This document shows positions 17,641 to 28,419 of a stretch of DNA of 64,000 nt, in pieces. The DNA lies in assembly GCA_965206595.1 (NCBI GenBank), contig OZ242214.1, positions 4,480,001-4,544,000 of the forward strand, given 5' to 3'. The position numbers and the translations under genes are program-made. Source of the DNA: Candidatus Latescibacterota bacterium. Its GTDB lineage: Bacteria > Latescibacterota > UBA2968 > UBA8231. How positions within the stretch are numbered: position 1 is the first letter of the stretch; the number at the start of each line of letters is the position of its first letter. The notes under the pieces were generated by a model, which was not told the DNA's origin, did not search any database, and saw only the letters and a list, made by a program, of their open reading frames with translations.

Positions 17641-17898
17641 GGGAACGATCGGAGGCGCCTGTAAAGCGTCTTCTCGACCCACTCGCCATCCAGCAAAAGG
17701 GCATACCTGTCCGGAAAACTCAAGTTTTCCTCGCCGGAAAAAAATTGGCCCCTGCATTACGCGCAGGCGCGAAGACCTGACTTTGGATGTGTTGCGTAAC
17801 GAAGGGGCCGTTCTTTTATGCTTGTTCATAACGGCATATCCGGTAGTGCGGTTCGTCAAGCAACTATCTCCAATGCGATATAAACGTTTCCTATTCCC

Positions 17899-19833
17899 TC
17901 ACGGCCCCCAGGGCAGGCGCACCACCTGCTCCCGGAGCTCGGCGCAGGCCCGCGGCCGATACGCCGGCCACTGCGTCTCGCGCAGGTCGAAGCCGAAGGC
18001 CCGTTTGCTCAGCACGATCAACGGCGGCGCCTGGATCCTCTTGAAGAAGCTCGAGCGCAGCTGGCGCTCGACCCAGTCGAGATCCTCCAACCAGGCGGCG
18101 GCATCGGCGAAATGGGCACTGAAGGCGTCCCGGTCCCCCCACTGCAGCCGCTCGAGCAGCTCCCCCCGCAGGTACCAGCGCATCAGGTCGGCCGGGTGGC
18201 GCCGGTACTCGATCAGCTGCCGCAGGACGGCGTCGTGGTACCCGTACTTGATCGGGTCCCCCATTCCGCGGGTGACATCCTGCTCTGGAGACAGCTCGGC
18301 GCTCGGCACCGTCGCCATGCTCAGCAGGTTCTCCGGGATCACCTCGCGTCCGTAGACGACGTCGTTGAGGTACCTGCCGAGGGCGAACACCTGCACCTTG
18401 TAAAGATCGCCGAGAGGCGAAACAGCGCCGTCGAGGTCGCCGTAGAGGGTGGTGTACCCGAGGGCGAGCTCGGTTTTGTTGCCGTTGTTGGTGAAGATGA
18501 ACCCGTGCTTGGCGGCGATGCCTGCGAGGAGGTCGGAGAAGCGGATGCGAGCCTGGATGTTCTCGTCGACGAGGCGGTCGTAGCGCCCCTGCGAACGCGG
18601 GAATGCGATCCCCTCGATGCGGCCGGCGACCTGCCGGTACAGGTCCTCGATCGGACAACTGAGATAGTCGACCTGCAGGCGCTCGCACAGCAGGCGGGCG
18701 TTGTCCTGGGTGACGCCGGCATTGTGGCGGGTCGGCATGTTGACAGCGAAGACGCGGTCGGCCCCGAAGGTCAGTTCGAGCAGGCAGGCGACCACGCTCG
18801 AATCGATGCCGCCGCTGACCCCGACGAGAAAGCGGTTCTCGCCGCCGCGCACGTGGTCGAGGTGCCGCAGCCCGGTGCGGATGGCGCAGTACACCGACTC
18901 GACCTCCTCCTCCTCCGGCGCCCCTTCCGGGGCCGGCGGGCCGGACGCTTCCCCGGCCGGGTTAAGCACCAGGAGCTCTTCCTTCCAGGGGCGCGCCCGG
19001 CGCCTGACGCTGCCGTCGCTTCCATAGAAGGTCGAATCGCCGTCGAAGACGATGATGTTCTTGCCGTTGTTCTGGGCGCCTACCTGGTTGACGTAAAAGA
19101 AGGGAAGCGGCGAGCGCTCGAGGATGTCGCGCACGACGCGGTTGCGCTTGTCGTTCTTGCGCCAGGTCCACGGGGAGGAGGAGAGGTTGAAAACCGCCTG
19201 CGCCTCCCGTCCTCGGTAGGCGGCGAGAGTGTCGAGGATGTCGCCGTCGCAGCTGTAGTCCTGGCACCAGATGTCCTCGCACAGCTGCACGCCGAAACGG
19301 AAGCGCCTTCCGTCGCCCTGCGCCACCTCGAACGGAACCATCCAGTCGTAGACCGATCGCCCGGCTTCGGCGGCGAGCTTGCGCAGCGAGTAGAAGTGCC
19401 GGTCGTCGTCGAAGAAGCGGTAGTTGGGATGCAGCGTCTTCGGCTGTACCCCGGGCGGCAATCCATCCGGCAGGCCGGGGCGGACGACGTACTCGCCGTC
19501 GCTGCAGACGTACACGGCGTTGTACTTGCGCATGCGGCCATCTTCCCCGATGCGCCCGCGGTCGATGGCGACGTTGCCGAAGAGGACGGTGATCCCCTCG
19601 CTGGCGCGGCGGATGTCCTCGCTGTACCCGGCGAAGTCGGCGACCAACTCGTCCACCTCCCAGAGATCGCCGACGATGTAGCCGCTGACGCAGAGCTCGG
19701 AAAAGACCACCACCTCCGCTCCCCGGCGGCGCGCCTCGCCGATGAAGCGCAGCATCGACTCGACGTTGAGGTCGGGGCGGCCCGGTTTCACCTCCATCTG
19801 CACCAGGCCGATCCGCGGCAGAGCTTCGGTCAT
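17899..19833 (-). CDS. nadE: Glutamine-dependent NAD+ synthetase
   Basis: N-terminal nitrilase domain (FSEL, K, 'QLCEDIW') and synthetase domain 'SGGIDS', 'ENIQARIR', 'GNKTELALGYTTLYGD', 'PSAEL'. Confidence 0.93.
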   Translation of the reverse strand: MTEALPRIGLVQMEVKPGRPDLNVESMLRFIGEARRRGAEVVVFSELCVSGYIVGDLWEVDELVADFAGYSEDIRRASEGITVLFGNVAIDRGRIGEDGRMRKYNAVYVCSDGEYVVRPGLPDGLPPGVQPKTLHPNYRFFDDDRHFYSLRKLAAEAGRSVYDWMVPFEVAQGDGRRFRFGVQLCEDIWCQDYSCDGDILDTLAAYRGREAQAVFNLSSSPWTWRKNDKRNRVVRDILERSPLPFFYVNQVGAQNNGKNIIVFDGDSTFYGSDGSVRRRARPWKEELLVLNPAGEASGPPAPEGAPEEEEVESVYCAIRTGLRHLDHVRGGENRFLVGVSGGIDSSVVACLLELTFGADRVFAVNMPTRHNAGVTQDNARLLCERLQVDYLSCPIEDLYRQVAGRIEGIAFPRSQGRYDRLVDENIQARIRFSDLLAGIAAKHGFIFTNNGNKTELALGYTTLYGDLDGAVSPLGDLYKVQVFALGRYLNDVVYGREVIPENLLSMATVPSAELSPEQDVTRGMGDPIKYGYHDAVLRQLIEYRRHPADLMRWYLRGELLERLQWGDRDAFSAHFADAAAWLEDLDWVERQLRSSFFKRIQAPPLIVLSKRAFGFDLRETQWPAYRPRACAELREQVVRLPWGP

Positions 19834-19993
19834 TCAGAGTCCCCGCTCAGCGCCGGGTCGCAAGGGAAAGGGGCGGAAAGAGGCCGCGCCTGCAGGAGGA
19901 GGTGGCCCCCCCGGGACGCGACCCGCCCGAGAGCGCGCCGGTCATAAGGAAGAATCCGGAAAATCCGGGCTGCCGAGGCTTTCTGGAGGACCG

Positions 19994-21151
19994 CTAAAGG
20001 GCCGCTGCCCGCGCCCGCGTAGAAGCGCTCTCAGGTCGGCGCGACGCCTCGCGAATGCACTCGCACAGCAGCGGAATGCCTTCGCGGATTTCCGCCCTGG
20101 AGGTGTAGCCGAAAGCGAGACGGATGTTGGGCACCTCGACGTTGCGCACGTGGAAGCCGGCCCCGGCGGCGTAGCGCACTCCCCGTTCCGCGGCGAGATC
20201 TTCGAGCTTTCTCAGATCGACCCCTTCGGGAAGCGTCACCCAGACGAACAGCCCCCCGACCGGACGCGACCAGGTGCAGATGTCGCCGACGCCGCGCTCG
20301 AGCTCCTCGAACAGGGCCTCGCGCTTCTCCTTCAGGGCGGCGTTGGTGCGCGCGCAGTGATCCCACAGTCTGCCGCGGAAGTACTCGGCGAGGATGGCGG
20401 CGGCCAGCAGGCTGTTGCCGCCGTCGTAGCGGCGGTCGAGAATGCGCCCGAGCAGCGGGGGCGGCGCCATGAAGTAGCCGAGGCGGACGCCGGGGCCGAA
20501 AATCTTCGACAGCGAGCAGATGTAGACCTGGTTGGGGCCGTTGTCGAGGGCGTACAGGGACGGCTCCTTCTCCCCCTCGAAATGGACGTCGGCGTAACAG
20601 TTGTCCTCGACGACGATGCAGTCGAAACGCCGCGCCACTTCGAGGAGCTCGAGGCGGCGGGCACGCGGCATCACCGAGCCGGTCGGGTTCTGGTAGGTGG
20701 CGAGGGTGTAGATGAACCGCGGCGGGGTCCCCTGATCGTGGAGGCGCAGGAGGGTCTCATCGAGAGCGTCGACGCGCATGCCGTGGTCGTCGAGCGGCAC
20801 CCCCACCATCTCGATGCCGAGTCTGCGGTACGCGGCTATGGTTCCGCTGTAGGTCAGTTCCTCGGTGACGACGATGTCCTCCTTCCCTTTCATCAGGGCC
20901 TCCGCCACCAGGGTCACCGCCTGCATCGAGCCGTTGGTGAGGGCGATGCTGTCAGGCGAAACCTCGATTCCCTCGCGGTCCGATTCCCTCCGGGCCATGA
21001 CCTCCCGCAGCCCTGCGTGACCGAGGTCTCCCGGGTAGCGGACGAAGGCTTCGCCGACCGACGGGATCGCCGCGGCGGCCGCCCGGGCCAGCGCCTCGAC
21101 CGGGAACGTCGCCGGATTAGTGCAGCCACTGGCGAATTCGTACTCATGCAT
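19994..21151 (-). CDS. PLP-dependent class I/II aminotransferase (LysN/MocR-like)
   Basis: 'YQNPTG', 'VEDNCY', 'SLSKIFGPGVRLG'. Confidence 0.88.
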   Translation of the reverse strand: MHEYEFASGCTNPATFPVEALARAAAAAIPSVGEAFVRYPGDLGHAGLREVMARRESDREGIEVSPDSIALTNGSMQAVTLVAEALMKGKEDIVVTEELTYSGTIAAYRRLGIEMVGVPLDDHGMRVDALDETLLRLHDQGTPPRFIYTLATYQNPTGSVMPRARRLELLEVARRFDCIVVEDNCYADVHFEGEKEPSLYALDNGPNQVYICSLSKIFGPGVRLGYFMAPPPLLGRILDRRYDGGNSLLAAAILAEYFRGRLWDHCARTNAALKEKREALFEELERGVGDICTWSRPVGGLFVWVTLPEGVDLRKLEDLAAERGVRYAAGAGFHVRNVEVPNIRLAFGYTSRAEIREGIPLLCECIREASRRPESASTRARAAAL

Positions 21152-21167
21152 CTTGTCTCCTTCTCCT

Positions 21168-22205
21168 TTATACGGGAACGCGCTTCAATCCCGGATTTTC
21201 CGTAATCCCCGGCCCGCGGCCGAGCTTGGCGACCGGAAGGCCGTCCACCTCCTTGAGGTCCATGGTGAAGTCGACGGCCGGAGCGGCGCTGATGGCGCTG
21301 CCGACCCCGAAGGCGTCGACAGGTGCCCCCGCCTCGACGAAATATCGGATGCGCTCCGCGTCGATGCCGCCCGAGGCGACGATTCTGACGTGCCGGTGCC
21401 CCGCCGCGTCCAGCCGCCGGCGGGTCTCGGCGACCAGCTCCGCGGTGACCCCGCCCCTTTCGCTCGCGGTATCGAGGCGCACCCCCCAGAGCCGCTCTTT
21501 CAGAGCCCCGGCGACCCGCACGCTCTCCTCGGGTTCGGGGAGGAAGGTGTCGACGAGGGCGATGCGCTCGACGTCCGCCTCGATCACCCGGTCGAACATC
21601 CGCGTCGCCTCCAGGGTGTCGCCGACGACGAGGATCAAGGCGTGCGGCAGGGTACCGCTCGGCTTCCTGCCCGCCAGCCGTCCACCGGCCGTGGTCGCGC
21701 AACCGCTGCAGCCGCCTACGCAGGCGGCGTACTCCATGCGGCTGCTGACGTCGGGATGCAGGTGGCGGGCCCCGAAGCTGATCACCGGGATGCCCTCCGC
21801 GGCCTCGACGCATGCAGCGGCCGCGGTCGCCCAGCCGGTGCCGCTGCTGAGCATGCCGAGCAGAGCGGTTTCGTAGAGACAGAACCGGCGGTACGGGGCG
21901 CGCACCCGGAGAACCACCTCCTTCGGCTCGAAACAGCTGCCCTCCTCCAGGCTCCAGACCTCCCCTTCCCCGGCCAGGGCCTCGCGTAGCAGGGCGTGCG
22001 CCTCGCGCATGCCGCACAGCAGGGCGCACCGGCGGGCGAACACTTCCGCCGCCACCACGGGATCGAGCCCTTCGGCGTCGAGGATACGCGCGGTGCGCCG
22101 GAAGTAGACGTCGGCGTTCTCCCCCTCCAGCGTCGCCGCGCTCGGTGCGAACAGTTGCTCCGGGACCGGCTGCACGTGTTCAGACGCGATTAGTGACCCG
22201 GGCAC
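21168..22205 (-). CDS. pncB: Nicotinate phosphoribosyltransferase
   Basis: 'ADVYF', 'SFGARH', 'GTLPHA', 'GVRLDT', 'SGGI', 'FGVGS'; clustered with pncA and nadE. Confidence 0.88.
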   Translation of the reverse strand: MPGSLIASEHVQPVPEQLFAPSAATLEGENADVYFRRTARILDAEGLDPVVAAEVFARRCALLCGMREAHALLREALAGEGEVWSLEEGSCFEPKEVVLRVRAPYRRFCLYETALLGMLSSGTGWATAAAACVEAAEGIPVISFGARHLHPDVSSRMEYAACVGGCSGCATTAGGRLAGRKPSGTLPHALILVVGDTLEATRMFDRVIEADVERIALVDTFLPEPEESVRVAGALKERLWGVRLDTASERGGVTAELVAETRRRLDAAGHRHVRIVASGGIDAERIRYFVEAGAPVDAFGVGSAISAAPAVDFTMDLKEVDGLPVAKLGRGPGITENPGLKRVPV

Positions 22206-22710
22206 CGAGGATCCTCTCCATGTGCCCGAGGGCCCACTCGTGCTGCCCCGGGTCGAAGCTCGCGACGCAGTCCGCCGGAACCTCCACCTTGTAGTCGCGG
22301 TTGCGCAGTCCGGAAACGGTGTGCAGCACGCAGATGTCGGTGCAGTCCCCCACGACGACCACCTCCTCCGGCTGCAGTTCCTGCAGCTGCACCGCCAGGT
22401 CGGTCTCGAAGAAAGCGGAGTAGCGGCGCTTGCGGACGATGCGGGCCCCCGCTGCGAGGTCGGCCAGCTCGGGGATGATCTCCTCCTCGCCGGAACCCTC
22501 GACGCAATGCGGGGGAAACATCTCGAACTCGGCGTCGTCTGGCGCGTGCGTGTCCTGGGTGAAGAAGACCGCAGCCCCGGCGGCTTTTTCCCGCTCGACG
22601 CGGGTGCGCAGGGGGGCGATGATCTCGCGGGCGCCGTCGCCGCAGTAGAGCATGCCGCCGGGTGTCATGAAGCCGTTCTGCATGTCGACCACGATCACTG
22701 CTCTGGCCAT
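22180..22710 (-). CDS. pncA: Nicotinamidase (isochorismatase family cysteine hydrolase)
   Basis: 'VVDMQNGF', 'QDTH', 'PPHC', 'KRRYSAF', 'GDCTDICV'. Confidence 0.85.
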   Translation of the reverse strand: MARAVIVVDMQNGFMTPGGMLYCGDGAREIIAPLRTRVEREKAAGAAVFFTQDTHAPDDAEFEMFPPHCVEGSGEEEIIPELADLAAGARIVRKRRYSAFFETDLAVQLQELQPEEVVVVGDCTDICVLHTVSGLRNRDYKVEVPADCVASFDPGQHEWALGHMERILGARVTNRV

Positions 22711-22788
22711 TTTGCCCACCTCCGTGAGATCGGTGACTGGCCGGACTATCAGCGAGAATATACGGGCCCCGGGGCGTCGAGACCCGGG

Positions 22789-24778
22789 TCACCCATGCAG
22801 AATCGCGTGACCCTTGCCGAAAAACCAGGCCAGATCGATCCCGTACGAAATGCCGACGCCCAGGTAGAAGCCGACGATCAGGCCGATGAAGAAGGGGCGC
22901 AGGTCCCGGTACAGGGTGATCCCCCCCGTTCTCATGACGACCACCTTGCAAGCCCAGGCGATGAACACCGCGGTCCAGATCAGCCGCATGTTCCAGAGCG
23001 AGGCCATGGTCAGGCCGATCGGGTGCAGCGGCCACCAGGAAAACCGGTACTGGCAGACGGACAGGACCGAGTACACCAGGGCTCCGCCCCCGAACAGGGA
23101 GAGCTTGGTCCAGTCCGTGGTCTCCGGGTCGCCGAGACGGCGCGTCACCTCGTCGAAGGCGCGGCCCCCTGCCCCTGCCCCGGGGTCGAAGAACCAGGAG
23201 CGGAAGTTGCCGGCCCCGTGCTTAGCAGATGACCAGCAGGAAGTAGATGCTGACAGCGAACCCGACGGCGACGGCGATGGCGATGGCGATGGCCAGCCGC
23301 CTCTGGTGGCGTCCGAGCTCGTTGAGACGGGCCCCGTGGGCGGCCGCGGTCATGAAGATCGACTGGATGTCGCTGGCCCAGGAGTACGACAGGGCGATCC
23401 CGACCAGGGCGTGCGGATTGACGTCGGTCCCCGTGATCGCCGTGGTCAGCGCCTGGGGACTGAAGGTCGCGGTGATGTAGAGCACCCCCGACTGGATCGC
23501 CAGACGGGTCAGGCCGACGTAGACGATCATCACCGAGGCCAGCAGCAGCACCGCGATGTAGAGATCGATCCCCGATTTCCAGAACCAGGCGAGGATGTAC
23601 ACGGCCGCGGCGATGCCCCCGATCACGGCGAGGCGGTAGGAGCACATCTCCCGGGAGTCGTCGAGCTCGCCGGTGCGCCGGAAGACCGAGCGCAGCACCG
23701 AGCGCAGGTGACTGCGCGCCATCCAGAAGCTCCAGCTCCAGACCACCATCGCGGCGAAGGCGCCGCCGCACTGCCAGGACAGGGCCTGTGTCGGGCTGTA
23801 GATGTATGCGTCCGGGGTGACCGTCAGCCCCGCCCAGTTGGCGACCGCGGCCTCGGCGGTCAGCAGGAGATAGAAGAACCAGACACTGAACGAAATCGGC
23901 GTGGCGATCAGGTAGACGAAGCCGACGACCGGGAAGTACATGCGCAGGAGGATGTCCGGCGCCCCGGGAAACAGCGAGAAGGAGATGCCGCGGTGGACGT
24001 CGAGCTGCGGGAATCCGGGATGCCAGAAGCTGATGGCGTTGAAGAGGATGACCCCCAGCGGCACGGCGCAGCCGATCCAGAAGGCGCGTGAGTTGAGGAT
24101 GGGGGGCAGGCTGCTGCCCGGCTGGTCCTCGGCGAGCAGGCGCGGAACCTCGGTTACGGGAAACACCAGGCGCTCGTTGTCCACCCACTGCCGGCGCAGG
24201 ACGACGACGACGCAGAAGCTGAGGAAGTAGACGGCGAAGATGATGCTCAGCCACCATGCCAGCGGTCCCAGCCAGGCATCGAACGGCACCGGCATGCCGC
24301 GCGGGGAGCCCTCGTAGAAGTAGCGCATGGCGTCGTTGTCCGGGCTGGGGATGATCCACTCCGGCAGGTACGGCTGCAGGTACACCGCCCATTGGTTCTC
24401 CGGGGTGGCCCCGTAATACGGCTTGGAGGGAATCGACAGCAGGGTTCCGACGATGAAAATCGGGATGCCGCTGGTGACCAAGCCCATGGTGACGATGGTG
24501 ATCAGCTCCGGCGTCTGCAGGGCCCAGGAGCGTTTCAGCTTCTTGACGAGGCCGTTGGCCAGGACGATGGCGATGAAGGAGAAGCCGACGCTTACCGGGA
24601 AGAACGACCAGGTGACCTCCGAAGAGCCGACCATCCAGATGGAAGTGGGGGCGCCTATGCAGATGAGGAGCACGACGCAGAGCCCGAGAATTGCGGAGCG
24701 GAGCGTCAGGCCGGAACGGAGACTGGGCGATGCTGCCGGCGCGGCCGTGTCTGTCGATGAGGAGGAAACCGATTCCAT
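22789..24778 (-). CDS. DUF6785/DUF6784-type polytopic membrane protein, frameshifted near 23150-23220
   Basis: 'LRRQWVDNERLVFP' and C-terminal 'WWPLHPIG...LRPFFIGLIVG' in a second frame; paralogue of 47347..49308. Confidence 0.72.
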
Positions 24779-25131
24779 TGGACGTGAGCACTTCCCGGGG
24801 AAGCGGGGTACCAAAGCCATACCCGGGGTTGTCCGCAAATGGGCGAAGCCGTGGAGGATACCCGGGCAATGGGGATGTCGAGGGCTTGCGCCGGCACAGG
24901 GGTGCGTCAGGACGAGTCGGGCTGGAACCCGAGATCGCCAGGCCTGCCCCGGACTCGAGCGCAATCGCTGGCCAGCAGATAGCGTCGGGTCGAATTCTCC
25001 GGTCTCGCCGTCTGCGGCCGGGCCCCGCGTCCGGCGGAACCGCCCCCCTTGTGATCCCCCGGCAAAGTGGCATCATAGTAGCCGAGAAGGATGACGCGCA
25101 CCCAACGCCTGGTTGCAGAAGGAGATTCCCC

Positions 25132-26136
25132 GTGAAAATCACCGCGGTGGAGCTGTACGAAGTCGAGATTCCTCCGATCCCGCCGATCGCCCGCTATTTT
25201 CCCAAGATCTACGACATCACCCTCTGCCGCGTGCGGACGGACGAGGGCCTGGAGGGTTGGGGGGAGTTCCAGGGGAAAAAGCCTGCTGGTCAAGAGCAGG
25301 CCGAGGCTCTCGTGGGCAAGGATCCGCTGGCCCTGGATCCGCACGGCCGTGCGGACGCCTTCACCTGCGCGCTGCTCGACATTGCGGGGCAGGCCTGGGG
25401 CATTCCGCTGCACCGCTTCTTCGGGGCGCAGGTGCGCGACAAGGTGCCGGTTTCGTACTGGTCGTGCCCCATGGCGCCGGAAGAGACCGCGGCCGAGGCG
25501 GAAACAGGGGCCAGGCTGGGCTTCAGGAACCACAAGCTCAAGGCGCGCTCGTGGAATGTCGTCGAGACGGTGCGGCTGATGAAGGAAGCGGCGGGGGCAG
25601 ACTACACGGTCGGCATCGATCCCAATACCGAATTCGCCCTGCTGCCCGGGGCCGCGCGCCTGGCGAGCGAATTGGAACCTTTCGGCACGGTATCGGTATT
25701 TGAAGATCCCATGCTGAAGAACAACCTCGAATGGTACCGCATCCTGCGCGAGAAGACCCACATTCCCATCGCCCTGCACCTGGGATCGCCGCCCGACGTG
25801 CTGGCAGCGCTGAAGGCGGAGTGCATCGACTACGTCAACCTGAGCGGCCCGGCGCTGCAGGTGCGACAGGCCGCGGCGCTCGCTGAGGCTGCGAACGTGC
25901 CCTGCTGGATCCAGATGGGAGGGTTGTGCACCGGGGTGATGGCCGCCTACTCGGTGCATCTGCAGGCGACGCTGTCCAACGCCACGCTGCCCTGCGACGA
26001 GCTGCCCTTTACGCGGGAAGCCGATGTATTGGCAGAGGGGCTGGCGCTCGAGAAGGGGCACTTCACCGTGCCCGCAGGGCCGGGCCTGGGAATCAAAGTG
26101 GATATGGAGGTTGTCGAGCGCTACCGAGTCGGCTGA
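25132..26136 (+). CDS. Mandelate racemase/muconate lactonizing enzyme (enolase superfamily)
   Basis: GTG start after AAGGAG; 'KLK', 'DPN', 'FEDP', 'GPGLGI'. Confidence 0.85.
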   Translation: MKITAVELYEVEIPPIPPIARYFPKIYDITLCRVRTDEGLEGWGEFQGKKPAGQEQAEALVGKDPLALDPHGRADAFTCALLDIAGQAWGIPLHRFFGAQVRDKVPVSYWSCPMAPEETAAEAETGARLGFRNHKLKARSWNVVETVRLMKEAAGADYTVGIDPNTEFALLPGAARLASELEPFGTVSVFEDPMLKNNLEWYRILREKTHIPIALHLGSPPDVLAALKAECIDYVNLSGPALQVRQAAALAEAANVPCWIQMGGLCTGVMAAYSVHLQATLSNATLPCDELPFTREADVLAEGLALEKGHFTVPAGPGLGIKVDMEVVERYRVG

Positions 26137-26165
26137 AAGAAGGTAGCAGAACTGGAGTAGGAAAC

Positions 26166-26657
26166 GTGGGCTTCAAAGGCTTCGAACTGCCCCATCAAAA
26201 TCCATGCTTTTTCTGTGAGGTGGTTCGCAATGGGCAACCTCATGACTTCGTCTGCGAAACAGACACCTTGCTCGTCCGGGTGAACGGCCGTCAATTCCTG
26301 GAGGGGCAGTGCGTGGTGATCCCGAGGAGACATGCAGCAACCGTATTCGACATTACAGACGCGGAACTCGTTGCCATCGCACAAACCAGCCGGTGTGTGG
26401 GCAAAGCAATTGCGAAGGCTGTCGGCGCCGATGGGTTGTTGATTTACCAGAACAACGGCGTTGCCAGCGGACAGGAGGTGCCTCACTACCACCTGCACGT
26501 GGTGCCCCAGTGGAAGGCTGACAGTCCTGTCGGGAAGTTTCCTCCCCACATAGCGCGAGCAGAGAACCTGGGATTCGAAAAGGTCCGACCCATTATCTTG
26601 AACACCGGCCAGATCCGCGAGATGTCAGCCCGGATCCGATCGCATCTGGAAATCTGA
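26166..26657 (+). CDS. HIT family nucleotide hydrolase
   Basis: 'CFFC', 'NNG..SGQEVPHYHLHVVP'. Confidence 0.88.
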   Translation: MGFKGFELPHQNPCFFCEVVRNGQPHDFVCETDTLLVRVNGRQFLEGQCVVIPRRHAATVFDITDAELVAIAQTSRCVGKAIAKAVGADGLLIYQNNGVASGQEVPHYHLHVVPQWKADSPVGKFPPHIARAENLGFEKVRPIILNTGQIREMSARIRSHLEI

Positions 26658-26854
26658 TTTTCGGTTTTGCACACGACAAACGCCGACCCCCAACCCAAGT
26701 CTGCCCGAGAGGCCCGGACCCTTCAGGAGATAGCTTCTTGTGTGCTTTGGCTCCGTGAAAGTCTGGGTCCTGGAAACCAATCAAAGGGCCAGAACCTCCT
26801 AAGAGAAATGAGTATTTCACAACTTTCACAAAAACATCCTGACAGGGAGATACC

Positions 26855-27454
26855 ATGCGCGTGGCAATAATCGGCGCGGACCGCCCCTGGGGAGCGCTGC
26901 TGGCGGCGGACTTGGGCACCGGCTTTGAATCAGTGGCCATCGGCGCAGCAGACACCAGCGACCTTGCCGACTACCGGCAGGTCGACCTGCTCCAGCGGGA
27001 GGCGGTAGACGCGGCGCTGGCAGGCGTAGAGGCCATCGTTCACGCGGCAGGCGGCGATCCGGCCGGCGGCGACGAACAGGCCCTGCTCGACACGGCGGCG
27101 CGGGGTACCTACGTGGCGCTGACCGCGGCCTGTGCCGCCGGTATTGAGAAAGCAGTGCTGCTGAGCTGTCTCGATCTGGTGCGGGACTACCCGGAGGAAT
27201 ACCTGGTCGATCCGCAGTGGAACTCCCTGCCGCGGGCCGAGGCCGTGGCGCTGGCACCGCTCATGGCCGAATTGGTCGGCCGCGAAATCGCGCGCACCGG
27301 AAAGATCGAGGTGCGCTGTCTGCGCCTCGGCAAGCTGGATGCCGAGACCACGGCCGGCGACGCCACGGCAGCCGTGCGCCAGGCCCTTGTTGGCGAGCGC
27401 GAAGGGCACCACTGGTCGCTGACCTACGTAGCGTCGAGAGGGCGCTTCGCCTGA
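26855..27454 (+). CDS. NAD-dependent epimerase/dehydratase-like protein
   Basis: Degenerate Rossmann N-terminus, 'AIVHAAG'; co-oriented with the downstream paralogue. Confidence 0.65.
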   Translation: MRVAIIGADRPWGALLAADLGTGFESVAIGAADTSDLADYRQVDLLQREAVDAALAGVEAIVHAAGGDPAGGDEQALLDTAARGTYVALTAACAAGIEKAVLLSCLDLVRDYPEEYLVDPQWNSLPRAEAVALAPLMAELVGREIARTGKIEVRCLRLGKLDAETTAGDATAAVRQALVGEREGHHWSLTYVASRGRFA

Positions 27455-27464
27455 AGGGACATTC

Positions 27465-28262
27465 ATGGCAACGGTGAACGAAGGAAAAGTGGTGTTGTTC
27501 GGGGCCGGCGGCCCGGTCGGCGCGTCGGCGATCTCCGCGCTCAAAGCCCACTACAGGTTGCGGGTTACCGATCTCCGGCCGATGACGGAAGTCGCGGCCG
27601 CGCCGCCGCAGAATCCCAGCGCGCCGATCCCGGAACTGTTGGGACCGCCGCACGAAAACCGGGCCGTCGATATCACCGATTACGCCCAGGTGCTGGCCGC
27701 CTGCGACGGCATGGACGCGGCGATCAATGTGTCCGTCGTCCGGCCGCATCCGGTGCTGGCCTTCCAGGTCAACATGGTCGGAGCCTACAACGTCGCCAAA
27801 GCCTGCGTCGCCTGCGGGATTAAAAGGCTGATCCACACCGGGCCTTTTCACACTTCCCTCGGCCACAATGCCGACTACTGGAACGATTTCCAGGTGGAAG
27901 CCGACATCCCGCTCCATCCAGGGGACGACCTCTACGCGCTGAGCAAGTATCTCGGGGGGAACATCACGCGCGTCTTTGCCGAGCGCCAAGGCCTGGAAGT
28001 GCTCTCCTTCGTCTATACCCATTTCCGCCCACGGGAAGTGCTGCCCGAAGAACAAGGTCGCGGCGTGCATCCGTACACGACCTCGTGGGAGGACACCGGG
28101 GAGGCGTTCCTGTACGGGTTGCGGGCCCCGGAGATGCCGTCGACGTACGAGAATTTCTTCATCTGCGCGCGCCTGCCGCACGACAAGTACCGGCCCGACA
28201 AGGCCAGACGGCTTCTGGGATGGGAAGCCGGCGACAGGTTCGAGGCTCTGTACCGGCGATGA
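27465..28262 (+). CDS. NAD-dependent epimerase/dehydratase (uronate-dehydrogenase-like SDR)
   Basis: 'LFGAGGPVG', 'YALSK' catalytic YxxxK. Confidence 0.82.
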   Translation: MATVNEGKVVLFGAGGPVGASAISALKAHYRLRVTDLRPMTEVAAAPPQNPSAPIPELLGPPHENRAVDITDYAQVLAACDGMDAAINVSVVRPHPVLAFQVNMVGAYNVAKACVACGIKRLIHTGPFHTSLGHNADYWNDFQVEADIPLHPGDDLYALSKYLGGNITRVFAERQGLEVLSFVYTHFRPREVLPEEQGRGVHPYTTSWEDTGEAFLYGLRAPEMPSTYENFFICARLPHDKYRPDKARRLLGWEAGDRFEALYRR

Positions 28263-28419
28263 TGTTTGGATACCGGCGCCTGCCGGCATAAATCAGCGTA
28301 CGAACGCGGGCGCCCAGGCACTGTATCTGGAAGAAGCTCCCTGCGATGTGCCGGGTCTGACGCCTCCCGCCGAAAACCCCTTCCGGCATTCCCTGAGGTA
28401 GAGCAGCCGCCGCGTCTGC

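Noticed and set aside
18112-21205. Long + strand ORFs (611 aa, 487 aa) and similar long antisense ORFs elsewhere (e.g. 41856..43595, 61821..63497)
   Set aside because: Shadow ORFs from high GC, opposite well-supported genes and with no family motifs.
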